Shown piece after piece: positions 31,729 through 41,478 of a stretch of 64,000 bases of DNA; positions within the stretch are counted from its first letter, which is position 1, and every line of letters begins with the position of its first letter. The DNA is from Planctomycetota bacterium (GTDB lineage Bacteria > Planctomycetota > GCA-002687715 > CAIWVZ01). Made by a program: the position numbers and the translations under genes. Location of the stretch: positions 1-64,000 of the forward strand of contig JBGANV010000003.1 of the NCBI GenBank assembly GCA_044222185.1, read 5' to 3'. The notes under the pieces were generated by a model. That model made no database searches, had not been told where the DNA came from, and saw only the letters and a program-made list of their open reading frames with translations.

Positions 31729-32184
31729 ATGACGAACGAGCTACTCGAGGCGACCACCTGCACCCTGAACGAACTCATGGCCGTGTGCAGGGAATGCGAG
31801 GAGGGTTATCGGACCGCTTTGGAACTCGTCCGCGACGCACCCCTGCGACGCCGGTTGGAGGGGTACGTCGGCGAGCGACGGGCGTTCGCCATCCAGCTCC
31901 AGGCGGCGGTTCGCAGCCTGGGCGGGACGCCTCCAGATGCAGCCACGCTGATGGATGCCGTCCACCGCGGCTGGAAGACCGTTCATGCCGCGGTGGAAAT
32001 CGGGACGATCGACGCCGTCCTCGGTGCGTGCGAGCACAACGAGGACGCCGCGATCGATCGCTACCTGCGTGCCCTTGGGACGCCGCTGGCGACGCAAGTC
32101 CGCGACGTCGTCGAAGCCCAGGCCGTGGCGATCCACAAGGCTCGGGCGCGGATCCGCGAGCTCCACGACTCCGCAACGCAGTGA
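31729..32184 (+). CDS. PA2169/DUF2383 family ferritin-like four-helix-bundle protein
   Basis: LNEL.....E.EEGY..A...ERRAFA..LQ..V..LGG.P, HRGW and CEHNEDAAIDRY..AL; GGAGG RBS. Confidence 0.85.
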   Translation: MTNELLEATTCTLNELMAVCRECEEGYRTALELVRDAPLRRRLEGYVGERRAFAIQLQAAVRSLGGTPPDAATLMDAVHRGWKTVHAAVEIGTIDAVLGACEHNEDAAIDRYLRALGTPLATQVRDVVEAQAVAIHKARARIRELHDSATQ

Positions 32185-32230
32185 GGACGCGGTGGACCGC
32201 CGACGGTACACCGCGTCTCGCCACCGTCGA

Positions 32231-33577
32231 TCACCGCGCCGGCTGCACGACTCGGTACTCGACGAGACGGTTGTAGAGCGTCTTCGGGCTGATCCCGAGA
32301 AGTTCCGCCGTCTTGCGGCGGTGTCCACCGCAATGATCGAGGGTGGAGAGGATCACCCGTTTCTCCGCATCCGCCAGGGGTGCCCCCAGGGGAATCTTCA
32401 GGTGGAGGCCCGTCACGACGTCCTCCACGGCGCGCGCCGGGAACAGGACCTCGGCGCCGATGGCCTCGTCCGCCAGGATGAACGCACGCCGAATCGTGTT
32501 CTTGAGCTCGCGGATGTTGCCGGGCCACGGATGAGCCTTCAGCGCATCGCGACATGCCGGAGCCAGGGACTTGGTCGTCCCCTCCGCCGCATTGAGATCC
32601 GCGAGGAAACTCTCCGCGAGGAGGATGACGTCGTCACCGCGATCTCGCAGCGGCGGCAGCGTGATCGGGAACACGCTCAATCGATAGAGCAGATCTTCAC
32701 GGAGTTTCCCATCGTGGACTGCCGCGAGCGGATCCCGGTTCGACGCTGCGATGATGCGGACGTCGACCTTCGACTCCACATCGCCGCCGACCCTGACGAA
32801 CGTCCCCGTCTCGAGGAGACGCAGGAGCTTCGGTTGGAGCTCGATGGGCATCTCCGTGACCTCGTCGAGGAACATCGTCCCCTTGTCGGCGCGCTCGAAG
32901 TACCCGTCGTGCCGGCGATTCGCGCCCGTGAAGCTCCCGCGTTCGTGGCCGAATATCTCGCTCTCGAGGAGGTTCGGAGAGAGTGCCGAGCAGTTCACGG
33001 CGATGAGCGGCTTGGTGTTCCGCCCGCTCCGCGCGTGGATTTCCGCCGCCACGAGTTCCTTGCCCGTGCCGGTCTCGCCGGTGATGAAGACCGTCGCGTC
33101 CGTCGGCGCGACGCGAGCGATGATCTTCTTCACTTCCAGGATCGCCGGCGATTCGCCGAGCAGCTCCGAATCCACGACACCTCCGCGCGGACGCGCATCG
33201 CCGTCCTCAGCCGGGATGCCCAGGAGCGTGGCGACATCCGAAAGAATCCGCTGGAGCTTTCCCGCGCCGAGCGGTTTGACGAGGAAGTCGTGTGCGCCGC
33301 GCTTCATGGCAGCAACGGCCGTTTCGACGCAGGCCTCATCCGTGAGTACGACCACCTTGCAGTGCCGTGGTTGACAGATGGGCGTCAACATCGCCGCGCC
33401 GTTCTCGTCCAGCAGCGTGAGGTCGACGAGCACGACGTCGGGCGCGTGCTGGGATGCGCAGCGCTGCGCGTCACGCAACGTCTCGACGGTATCGAGCCGG
33501 AAACCAGCCTCGCGGGCGGCTCCGGTCACCGTCGCGATGACATGCCGGTCCTTCTCGATCAGCAGGATGCGATGCAT
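32231..33577 (-). CDS. Sigma-54-dependent response regulator (NtrC/AtoC family: receiver, AAA+, Fis HTH)
   Basis: Receiver VVLVDL..FLVKP; Walker A GETGTGKE; ESEIFGHERGSFTGA; FLDEV; REDLLYRL; WPGNIREL; TAELLGISPKTLYNRL. Confidence 0.95.
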   Translation of the reverse strand: MHRILLIEKDRHVIATVTGAAREAGFRLDTVETLRDAQRCASQHAPDVVLVDLTLLDENGAAMLTPICQPRHCKVVVLTDEACVETAVAAMKRGAHDFLVKPLGAGKLQRILSDVATLLGIPAEDGDARPRGGVVDSELLGESPAILEVKKIIARVAPTDATVFITGETGTGKELVAAEIHARSGRNTKPLIAVNCSALSPNLLESEIFGHERGSFTGANRRHDGYFERADKGTMFLDEVTEMPIELQPKLLRLLETGTFVRVGGDVESKVDVRIIAASNRDPLAAVHDGKLREDLLYRLSVFPITLPPLRDRGDDVILLAESFLADLNAAEGTTKSLAPACRDALKAHPWPGNIRELKNTIRRAFILADEAIGAEVLFPARAVEDVVTGLHLKIPLGAPLADAEKRVILSTLDHCGGHRRKTAELLGISPKTLYNRLVEYRVVQPAR

Positions 33578-34705
33578 CAAGGTTCCCTTTCTCTGATTTG
33601 GATCAGAAGCCTCGACGGGGTGCGCTGCGCAGTGTTCGTGGCGCATCGTCCGGTGCTGCGACTTCCACACCGGGCCGACCAGTCGCGCCATCGAGCGCAG
33701 GCATCGCCGTGCGATGCAGATGTCGGTCAGGGCTCTCTCGTGGTGTCCATCCGAGATCCGATCAGCTCCTGCCCATTCATAGACCGCCCTCGACGATCAA
33801 ACTGACTCGACGCCCCCGCATCACGCACGGTTGCGTAGAAACCCGCGGCAATTCCGGGAAAGGAACTCGCGACCTGGTGGGAAAAAAAGACCGCTGGGCC
33901 AGCCGGCTCGAAAAACCCAAAGCACGCGAATGCCGCGCGAGTGAAATTTCCCCCGCCGATATTCGATGGACCCACCGCCGCGATACCCGCCGAGAATGCG
34001 GCGCTCGATGCGCCGTGGCCGGTGGGAACGCCGAGTTCGGAAAACTCGGACTGCGGTCGTCGATCGAGTTCCTCGGCCCAAGCCTTCGCGGCGGTCGCGC
34101 ATGACCTTCCGCTCCGGTTTCGATCGTCGCGCTCACGCGTGCGGCGTGACGGGGGCGCGGTGCACCCACCCGTCGGATCAGCACCGGCGAAGAACGCGCC
34201 CGGTCGGCGACGATCCAGGCGGGACTCCGCGTCCCTGCACGGCCGGAGTCCAGGCGGATCGGTCGACGGTGGGTCAAGGACGTCTGGCGCGATCGACCCC
34301 CGGCGTCGCGCGGCACGAATTCGATGGACGCGCCGCTCGTCCGATCGTTCCTCCGCCTTTCCCTGCGGAAGGCGCGCCGGGGGCGCCACGGGATCGGCGA
34401 TGACCGCCCCCCCACGACCACGGAGATCGCCGGGCCGGCGCTCGCCCCTGCCCGGTGAAAACCTCGAACGAACCGGGCTGGTGGCGAGGGTCCGACGACC
34501 GACCTCGATCCGATCCAGCCGCGAGCCGTAGGGGACGCTCGGCCCCCACCCCGCAGGCGCATCGCGGCCGGCTCCGCGCCAAATGGCTGGCGCCGCTGGC
34601 GGGAGGTCGCCGCCGGGGGGCTGGCGACGCCCTGCCCGTCCCCGGTACGATCGCCGCCGAGTTGGGGATCGGCATGGTCTTGGATTTCGGAATCGGAGGC
34701 CAGGC

Positions 34706-37426
34706 GTGGCGCGTGACGGGAACGGTACGAGCGACGACGCGCAGTTCGCGGAGACGTACAAGGCACGGGGTGGGGTCGGGCGCGATTCCGCCGTATTGAG
34801 ACCTCCCGAGGTCCTCGGGCGGTACCGCATCGTCGACCTCATCGGCCACGGGCAATATGGCGCCGTCTTTCGGGCCGTCGACGTGGACACGCATGCGCGT
34901 GTGGCCATGAAGGTCGTCCGTTCGTCGGACATCGAGCGGGTGTTCGCACTGCAGACGGAAGCTCGTTGGCTCGCGAAGCTGAACCGTCCCAACGTCGTGA
35001 AGCTGTTCGGGCAGGGTGAAACGGACGAGTTCACGTGGCTCGCCATGGAATTGGTGGAGGGGCGGAGCCTGCAGCAGATCGTCGCCGACCAGCATCCGAT
35101 CGACGCGGGACGGGATCAGCGGCGCACGCGCTCGGAATCCGATGTCTACATCCGTCGCGCCATGACGTGGATGCGGGACCTCGCACGCGCGCTCGATGCG
35201 CTCCATGGCGTCGAAGGTCTTCACCGTGACATCAAGCCCGCGAACATCGTCATCCACGAGAGCGGAGCGCCGTATCTGATCGACTTCGGCCTCGGGATCG
35301 GAAGCTACGAGACGGACGAACAGACCTCCTACCTCGCGGGCACGGCGGCGTACATGAGCCCCGAGCAGGCGAGCTTGCTCCCCGTGGGCCCGAAGAGCGA
35401 CCTCTACAGTCTCGCCGTGACCTTCCACGAAGCCGTCACCGGCCGCCGTGTCGTGAAGGCGTCGACCCTGCATGGGGCACGGCGGGAAGTCCTGGGCGAC
35501 CCCGTCGCCGCGCCCTCCACGGTCAACCCCGACGTGCCGCCGACGCTCGATGGCGTCTTCGCCAAGGCGCTGTGCAAGAAGGAGGAGGCTCGGTATTCGA
35601 CCGGGGCGGAGCTCGCCGACGACCTCGACGCGTGGCTCGAGGGGCGGCCGACCCCGAACGCCGGGCCGGCTGAACCGCAGCGCCGGCAACGGCGTCGCCG
35701 GCGTGTGACCGCCTTCGGAGTGGGGCTCGCCCTGGTCATCGCCGCCGCATGGCCGCTGAAGGGCTGGGCAGAGCGTGCGAGGCTCTCGTCGGATCGCGAG
35801 GCGGCGATCGCGGCGATTCGGGAGTTGCAAGAAGCCGGAAGACTGGACGAAGCGCAGAACGAATGTGCTCATTTTGCCGAGCGATTCGGCGACGCGCGAC
35901 CAGTCCTCGACCTGTGGAGGAACATCGAATCCGATTGGCGCGGCACGGCGATCGAGGCCACGTTGAATTGTCTCGTCGTCGCCACCCCGGGTCGGACATC
36001 CACCCGCCTGCGCCAGCACGCCGAGCAGGCAGAGGCGAACCTCCGCTGGGCCGACCTTCCGACCTACCGCTTTCGCGCTGCACTGGGACGGTACTTCGGC
36101 GTCCACGACGACGACGCGTCGGACGTCCGCGCGACCCGGGCACTCCAGCTCCTCGCCCCCGCCGCGTCGAGAGCCATCGGCGTCGAGGACGAGCTCCGTG
36201 CACTCTGTTTCCTCGCCCTCGGTGACGGCGCGGGGTCCGATCAGATCGCAGCACAGACGGCAGCACGGCTCGCGACGTCCAACCGGAACGGCCCCAATGA
36301 GGTCGTGATGATCGCCTACCGAGAACTCGCCGCCGCGAAGTTCGCCCTGGCGGCGGCGCCCCGGCTCAGACCGGAGTCCCGGCCGGCGGGCGGACCGCGG
36401 GGCCCTTGGTGTGATCGGTTCGACCGTGCGGAGGCCCTGCTGGTTCCGATCGTCGGTCACCGCGGGAAGCCAGGAGATGATCCGCCGGCAAACGTTGCGA
36501 ACCCTCTCCCGTTTCGGCCCGAGGCCGCAGCGCTCCTCGCGAACGTCTATCTCGAGCACGGTCGGCATGACGCCTCGGGCGGACACGAGCCGCGGTTCAT
36601 CGAAGCCGCCGAGACGTACGAACGGGTCAACGTCACGCTCGCGAAAGACCGGCCCGCCGACGAACGCGACGGGACGCGCCTCATGAGCGCACTCAGCCAC
36701 CTGCTCGTGGCGTTCCATTCGCCCGGCCGACGTGAAGAGGCGTCGGGTCGGGCACGCGCGTATCTCGACGAGCTGCTGAGCCGTTCGCCGCCATTGGCGA
36801 CGTTCGTAGCCTGCCGCCTTCACGAACTCGGCGGATGGAAGGCCGCACGCGACTGGATGGGAAGCGCGCCCCAGCGTCCGCCGAATCTTCCGTGCGCCAC
36901 GTCCACCTACACCCTCGCGCAGTTGGCCGCGAACTCGCTCGCCGAGTGCAAGTCCGACGAAGCGATGGAGGCGCTGAACGCCTTCGCCGACCTTGCCATC
37001 GAGGTATCCAGAGGATCCACCAGCGGGGACGTCGCGGACGCCGTCCGCGCCGCGCAGACCCATCGCCTCTACGGGGCGTGGCTGCTCCTCGATGGGGCGG
37101 AACCAACGGAAAACGCCATCCGCCTCGCCGCCCACGTCGTGACGGGCGGCGAGAACGTGTTCGAACGTTTCAAATCCCTCGAGCCGGACGGTGAGCTGGA
37201 GTGGGCTTTCGCCGTAGCATTCCTCTCTCGTTACGATCCCGCGACTCCGGAGTCGCAGAGGACCGCCGCTCGAGTGGCGCGGGCGATCGAGACGCTTCGC
37301 AAGGCCGCAGCGGATCGTGTCGTCGAGGAGACGAAGGACCCGAACGTGCGCGCGTTCCGTGACAAGATCACCCGGTCGACTGCCGCGCTGCTCGGCGTCG
37401 ACATGAATGGAGAAGCGAAGAGATGA
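34706..37426 (+). CDS. Hanks-type Ser/Thr protein kinase with TM segment and helical C-terminal region
   Basis: GHGQYGAV, VAMK, HRDIKPAN, DFG, GTAAYMSPEQ, SDLYSL; TM VTAFGVGLALVIAAAW; GTG start after GGAGG. Confidence 0.9.
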   Translation: MARDGNGTSDDAQFAETYKARGGVGRDSAVLRPPEVLGRYRIVDLIGHGQYGAVFRAVDVDTHARVAMKVVRSSDIERVFALQTEARWLAKLNRPNVVKLFGQGETDEFTWLAMELVEGRSLQQIVADQHPIDAGRDQRRTRSESDVYIRRAMTWMRDLARALDALHGVEGLHRDIKPANIVIHESGAPYLIDFGLGIGSYETDEQTSYLAGTAAYMSPEQASLLPVGPKSDLYSLAVTFHEAVTGRRVVKASTLHGARREVLGDPVAAPSTVNPDVPPTLDGVFAKALCKKEEARYSTGAELADDLDAWLEGRPTPNAGPAEPQRRQRRRRRVTAFGVGLALVIAAAWPLKGWAERARLSSDREAAIAAIRELQEAGRLDEAQNECAHFAERFGDARPVLDLWRNIESDWRGTAIEATLNCLVVATPGRTSTRLRQHAEQAEANLRWADLPTYRFRAALGRYFGVHDDDASDVRATRALQLLAPAASRAIGVEDELRALCFLALGDGAGSDQIAAQTAARLATSNRNGPNEVVMIAYRELAAAKFALAAAPRLRPESRPAGGPRGPWCDRFDRAEALLVPIVGHRGKPGDDPPANVANPLPFRPEAAALLANVYLEHGRHDASGGHEPRFIEAAETYERVNVTLAKDRPADERDGTRLMSALSHLLVAFHSPGRREEASGRARAYLDELLSRSPPLATFVACRLHELGGWKAARDWMGSAPQRPPNLPCATSTYTLAQLAANSLAECKSDEAMEALNAFADLAIEVSRGSTSGDVADAVRAAQTHRLYGAWLLLDGAEPTENAIRLAAHVVTGGENVFERFKSLEPDGELEWAFAVAFLSRYDPATPESQRTAARVARAIETLRKAAADRVVEETKDPNVRAFRDKITRSTAALLGVDMNGEAKR

Positions 37427-37956
37427 GGGTCCCCACCAAGGTGCGACTGTCCCGGCTGCGTCTGACCGGAGCCACCCTTCTCAGCATCGTCGTTCTCACG
37501 TCTTGCCTGTCTGACGGCGGTCCAGTCGTGGCGGCAGGTCCACCGCCGCCCGTCAGCTCCATCCTCCCAACGAACGGCGTGATGAACGACCCGCTGCGAA
37601 TTCGATTCACCGTCGAGCATCGGGGATTCCGTTACCACGCCAACCACCACGCGAGCGAGGCGCTGCACCTTTACCGATATGAGGGCGGGCAATGGAAGGA
37701 CCTGGGAGTGGTCCGACGCTGCGACAACCACCTGACCGGGGCGCTCAATCACGACGGCCTCGACGGGGATACCGACTGGATCAAACTCGGCGGCAAGCTC
37801 GACGAGAACTTCGCGTATCGACTGGACTGCACGTTCTACGGCGAGGGCGAGAGCGGGGCGGAGCAGTACTGCGAACGCTTGAAATACGTGTCCGGCCCGG
37901 ACCCATACTGGTCGGCTACGAAAGTCCCATGGGACGCGCGCCGTGATGCGCCATGA
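37423..37956 (+). CDS. Hypothetical lipoprotein
   Basis: Basic N-region, hydrophobic core and lipobox LTSC; ATGA overlap with the kinase stop. Confidence 0.65.
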   Translation: MRVPTKVRLSRLRLTGATLLSIVVLTSCLSDGGPVVAAGPPPPVSSILPTNGVMNDPLRIRFTVEHRGFRYHANHHASEALHLYRYEGGQWKDLGVVRRCDNHLTGALNHDGLDGDTDWIKLGGKLDENFAYRLDCTFYGEGESGAEQYCERLKYVSGPDPYWSATKVPWDARRDAP

Positions 37957-38210
37957 CCGCGTCGTGAGAGCGTCGTAAGCCAACGAGCCTGGTGGTGCCT
38001 CGTGCGGTGCCGAGGCATCCGGCGTCGGCCGCTGCCAATTCACGGCGCTCGACGCAGATTCACACGCGACGGGCTCGGAAGCCCGCGCGCCGTCACGCAG
38101 GGTCCGAACGACGCGCCGCCGCCGCCGCCAGGTGATACCCTCGCGCACACCCAACCCGGTGAGCCGACGCCGCGCATGCGGCAGCAGACCACCTCTGACG
38201 GAGCAACGCC

Positions 38211-41200
38211 ATGGATCCGGACCGCGCCCGCACGATCCGGGCGCGCATCACCGCCGACATCGCACGCGGCGAAGCGCGCACGCTCGCGGACTATGCGGCC
38301 GCGTTCCCCGGTGAGGACGCGCTCGTCGCACGGACCTACGCCGACGTCCACGCCGCAGGCGGCGAGCGCGGGTCGACCGGCGGTGCGGGAATGATCGCCC
38401 ACTACCGGATCCTGCGCACGTTGGGTCGCGGCGGGCAGGGCCTCGTCCACCTCGCCGAGGACACGCACCTTCGCCGCAAGGTCGCCCTGAAAGTGCTGAC
38501 GGGAGTGGGCGTCGGATCGACCGAGGCCGTCCAACGTTTCCAACGCGAGGCCGAGCTGGCATCGAAGCTGGATCACCCGGGGATCTGCCGCGTGTTCGAC
38601 GCGGGGGTCGCCGACGGCGTCCCCTACATCGCCATGCAGTACGTCGAAGGAACGACGCTCGCCGAGCGGGTCACGGCGGCGCGCAACTCCGGATCGACGG
38701 GCCAGACGGCCATGGTGATCACGTTCTCCGACGAATCCACGAAGCCGGCGACGGCACCGACCCGATCCGATGGAGAGCGGAAGAGCCCGGACACCGTTGC
38801 CGAGCCCGCGATCGCCCTGCCCGACAAGGCGGAGATCGCGCGCCTCGTGACGATTTTCGCGAAGGCGGCGGCCGCCCTTCACGCCGCGCACGAAGCTGGC
38901 ATCGTCCATCGCGACATCAAGCCCGGCAACATCATGGTGACGAAGGACGGCGAACCCGTGATCCTCGACTTCGGGATCGCGCGGGCCGACGATGGCGACC
39001 TCCTCACGCTGACCCGGACCGGTGACGTGTTCGGCACGCCCGCATACATGGCTCCCGAGCAGCTCTCTGGGCAAGGCCGCGTGGATCGACGCGCCGACGT
39101 CTATGCGCTGGGGGTTTCACTGTACGAGTGCCTGACCCTGCAGCGCCCCTTCGATGGGGCGACGCGTGAGGGGCTCTATCAGGCCGTGCTGACGAAAGGC
39201 ATGCCGGATCCGCGCCGGCTCAACCGTTCGATCTCGAAGGACGCGGCACTCGTGCTCGAGACCGCGATCGAGCGGGATCTCCACCGCCGTTACGCCAGCG
39301 CCGAGGCGCTGGCGTTCGACCTCTCGGCCGCCCTCGACGGGCGACCGCTTCGCGCGCGGCCCCTGGGCCCGATCGGAAGGTTCACCCGCTGGACGAGGCG
39401 CGAGCCGGCGAAGGCGGCGCTCCTGTTCGTCCTGTTGACGGCGCTGCCGACCATCGCCGCACTCGTGACGTCGCACGTGAAGGACCTCCCCCAGATCGAA
39501 GCCGCGCGCAAGGCGCAGATCGAAGTCGAGCGCGACGCGATCCTGTCGGAAGCGGGCTACGAATTCTCGGAGGGCGACGGCGAGCGGGCCGCCGAGCTCT
39601 ACCGGCAGGCGCTGGCGCTCGAGGGCAGTTCTCCGGAAGCCGTCGGCGGACTCGTCTTCACGTCGATACGCCTCCAGCAGAACGACGCGGCCGCGCGCCT
39701 GCTCGACGTCCACGGTGCGGTTCTCGGGGACGGCTCCGCTGCGCGCCACTTGCGCGCTCAGCTCCTCGCCGGGCAAGGCCGCACGGACGAAGCCGCGGAG
39801 TTGCGCAAGTCCGCGCCTCCGCCGCGCACGGGCTTCGAACACTACATGATGGCGCAACGCGATCTCTCGCGGGGCGAGAAGGGCGACCGCGACGCCCTGG
39901 CGCGCGCGTTCCGCCATGCGACCGCGGCCCTGCTGCTGTCTCCCCTCCCGCGTCTGTCGATCTGCACGCTACGGGCACACGTCGCCGCACACCTGGCGGA
40001 TCGCGAGGCCGTCGTCGATGCCGTCGCAGCCCTGCAGCACCATTGGCCGAGGTCGTCGGACGCCCTGTATTGGTGCGGGATCTCCATGGGCGCACTCGGC
40101 GACGACGCATCGATCGAGCAGGCCGTGTCGTTCCTGCGAGCGGCCGCGGCGATTCGTCCCGACGACGCGCGCGCGCATTCCGCCCTGGGCGGGTACCTCG
40201 GCCGACAGAACCGATTCCAGGACGCCATCGCGTCGCTCCGCGAAGCGATTCGCCTCCGCCCGAGCGACACCACGGCGCGCGTGAACGTCGGCCGGGCCTA
40301 TCGGGGCCTTCACCGCGATTCGGAAGCCATCGCCGAGTTCCGCGAGGCTGCGCGGCTCGACCCCGAACGCGGAGACCCGCACGCCGCCCTGGGCTCGGTC
40401 TTTTCAGACAACGATCGGATCGACGACGCCGTCGACGAGTTCAGGAGGGCCGTGGCGCTCGATCCCGATGACGCGGATTCGCACTACAACCTCGCCGTGC
40501 AACTGGTGGCACAAGGCCTCCTGGACGAGGCGCTGGAGCACCTCCGCGAAACCATCCGCTTCAAGCCGGACTTCGCCCAAGCGCACTGCAACGTCGGAGG
40601 CATCCTGAAGGAACAGGAAAGCTACCGCGAGTCTCTCGACGCCACGCGCCGGGGTCACGCCCTCGGCTCGAAGACGCCGGGATGGGCGTTCCCGTCCCGA
40701 GCATGGGTCGCGGAGGCCGACGCACTCGCGAAGGAAGAAGCACGACGAGAAGCCGACGTGCGCCGTCACGTCGACGCCGGCACGAAGCCCGACGAACCCG
40801 AGAGTCTCGCCGCGCTGGCTCGCGTCGCCTGGCGAACGGGTCACGCCGCCACCGCCGTCGACTGGTACCGCATCGCATTCGAGGACGCGCCGGATCTCGC
40901 CGAGGTCATCGAGGCCGGGCATCGTCGAACGGCAGCGAAGGCGGCTGCCCAGGCATCCGCGGCGTCGGGACTCGATGACGCCACGCGCGCGCGTCTTCGC
41001 GGACAGGCGCTCGAGTGGCTCGAGGGCGAGCTGGCGCGGCTGCGCAAGCTGCTGATCGACGAAGGTCCGCAGCCCCGGGTCGTCCGCCTCGTTCTCGCTC
41101 CCCCCATGCGCGGGTCGGAGTTCGCTCCCATGCGCGAGCCCGGCGAGCTGGAGAAGCTGCCGGAATCCGAGCGGGCGCGCTGGAAGGCCTACTGGGATGC

Positions 41201-41249
41201 TTCCGCCGCGCTGCTGACGGGACTTCGGGCAAAACCCTCCGCGCAATAG
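38211..41249 (+). CDS. Ser/Thr protein kinase with TPR repeats
   Basis: GRGGQGLV, VALK, HRDIKPGN, DFG, GTPAYMAPEQ; hydrophobic segment; multiple TPRs (AH.ALG...A...fREA.RL.P, HYNLA). Confidence 0.92.
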   Translation: MDPDRARTIRARITADIARGEARTLADYAAAFPGEDALVARTYADVHAAGGERGSTGGAGMIAHYRILRTLGRGGQGLVHLAEDTHLRRKVALKVLTGVGVGSTEAVQRFQREAELASKLDHPGICRVFDAGVADGVPYIAMQYVEGTTLAERVTAARNSGSTGQTAMVITFSDESTKPATAPTRSDGERKSPDTVAEPAIALPDKAEIARLVTIFAKAAAALHAAHEAGIVHRDIKPGNIMVTKDGEPVILDFGIARADDGDLLTLTRTGDVFGTPAYMAPEQLSGQGRVDRRADVYALGVSLYECLTLQRPFDGATREGLYQAVLTKGMPDPRRLNRSISKDAALVLETAIERDLHRRYASAEALAFDLSAALDGRPLRARPLGPIGRFTRWTRREPAKAALLFVLLTALPTIAALVTSHVKDLPQIEAARKAQIEVERDAILSEAGYEFSEGDGERAAELYRQALALEGSSPEAVGGLVFTSIRLQQNDAAARLLDVHGAVLGDGSAARHLRAQLLAGQGRTDEAAELRKSAPPPRTGFEHYMMAQRDLSRGEKGDRDALARAFRHATAALLLSPLPRLSICTLRAHVAAHLADREAVVDAVAALQHHWPRSSDALYWCGISMGALGDDASIEQAVSFLRAAAAIRPDDARAHSALGGYLGRQNRFQDAIASLREAIRLRPSDTTARVNVGRAYRGLHRDSEAIAEFREAARLDPERGDPHAALGSVFSDNDRIDDAVDEFRRAVALDPDDADSHYNLAVQLVAQGLLDEALEHLRETIRFKPDFAQAHCNVGGILKEQESYRESLDATRRGHALGSKTPGWAFPSRAWVAEADALAKEEARREADVRRHVDAGTKPDEPESLAALARVAWRTGHAATAVDWYRIAFEDAPDLAEVIEAGHRRTAAKAAAQASAASGLDDATRARLRGQALEWLEGELARLRKLLIDEGPQPRVVRLVLAPPMRGSEFAPMREPGELEKLPESERARWKAYWDASAALLTGLRAKPSAQ

Positions 41250-41478
41250 TCCCGTCGACCGCGAGCCGACCGAATCGCAATCGCGGCGCGCCGGCTTCGC
41301 CACGTCTTCTTCACGCGCTCGCCCGGCCGCGAGCCCGACCTTGGTCTCGCTTTCGGGTCGACCGATATGCGATGATCCGCCCCTGTCGACCTGTTCCCGC
41401 GCCTTGAAACGGTGGCGTCCCCGGCGCGATTTCAACGGGAGCAGGTGCGCGACGGACCTTCGGAAGGAAGCCACCGGC

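Noticed and set aside
34274-37135. 953-aa minus-strand ORF
   Set aside because: Antisense to the Ser/Thr kinase; no recognisable domain.
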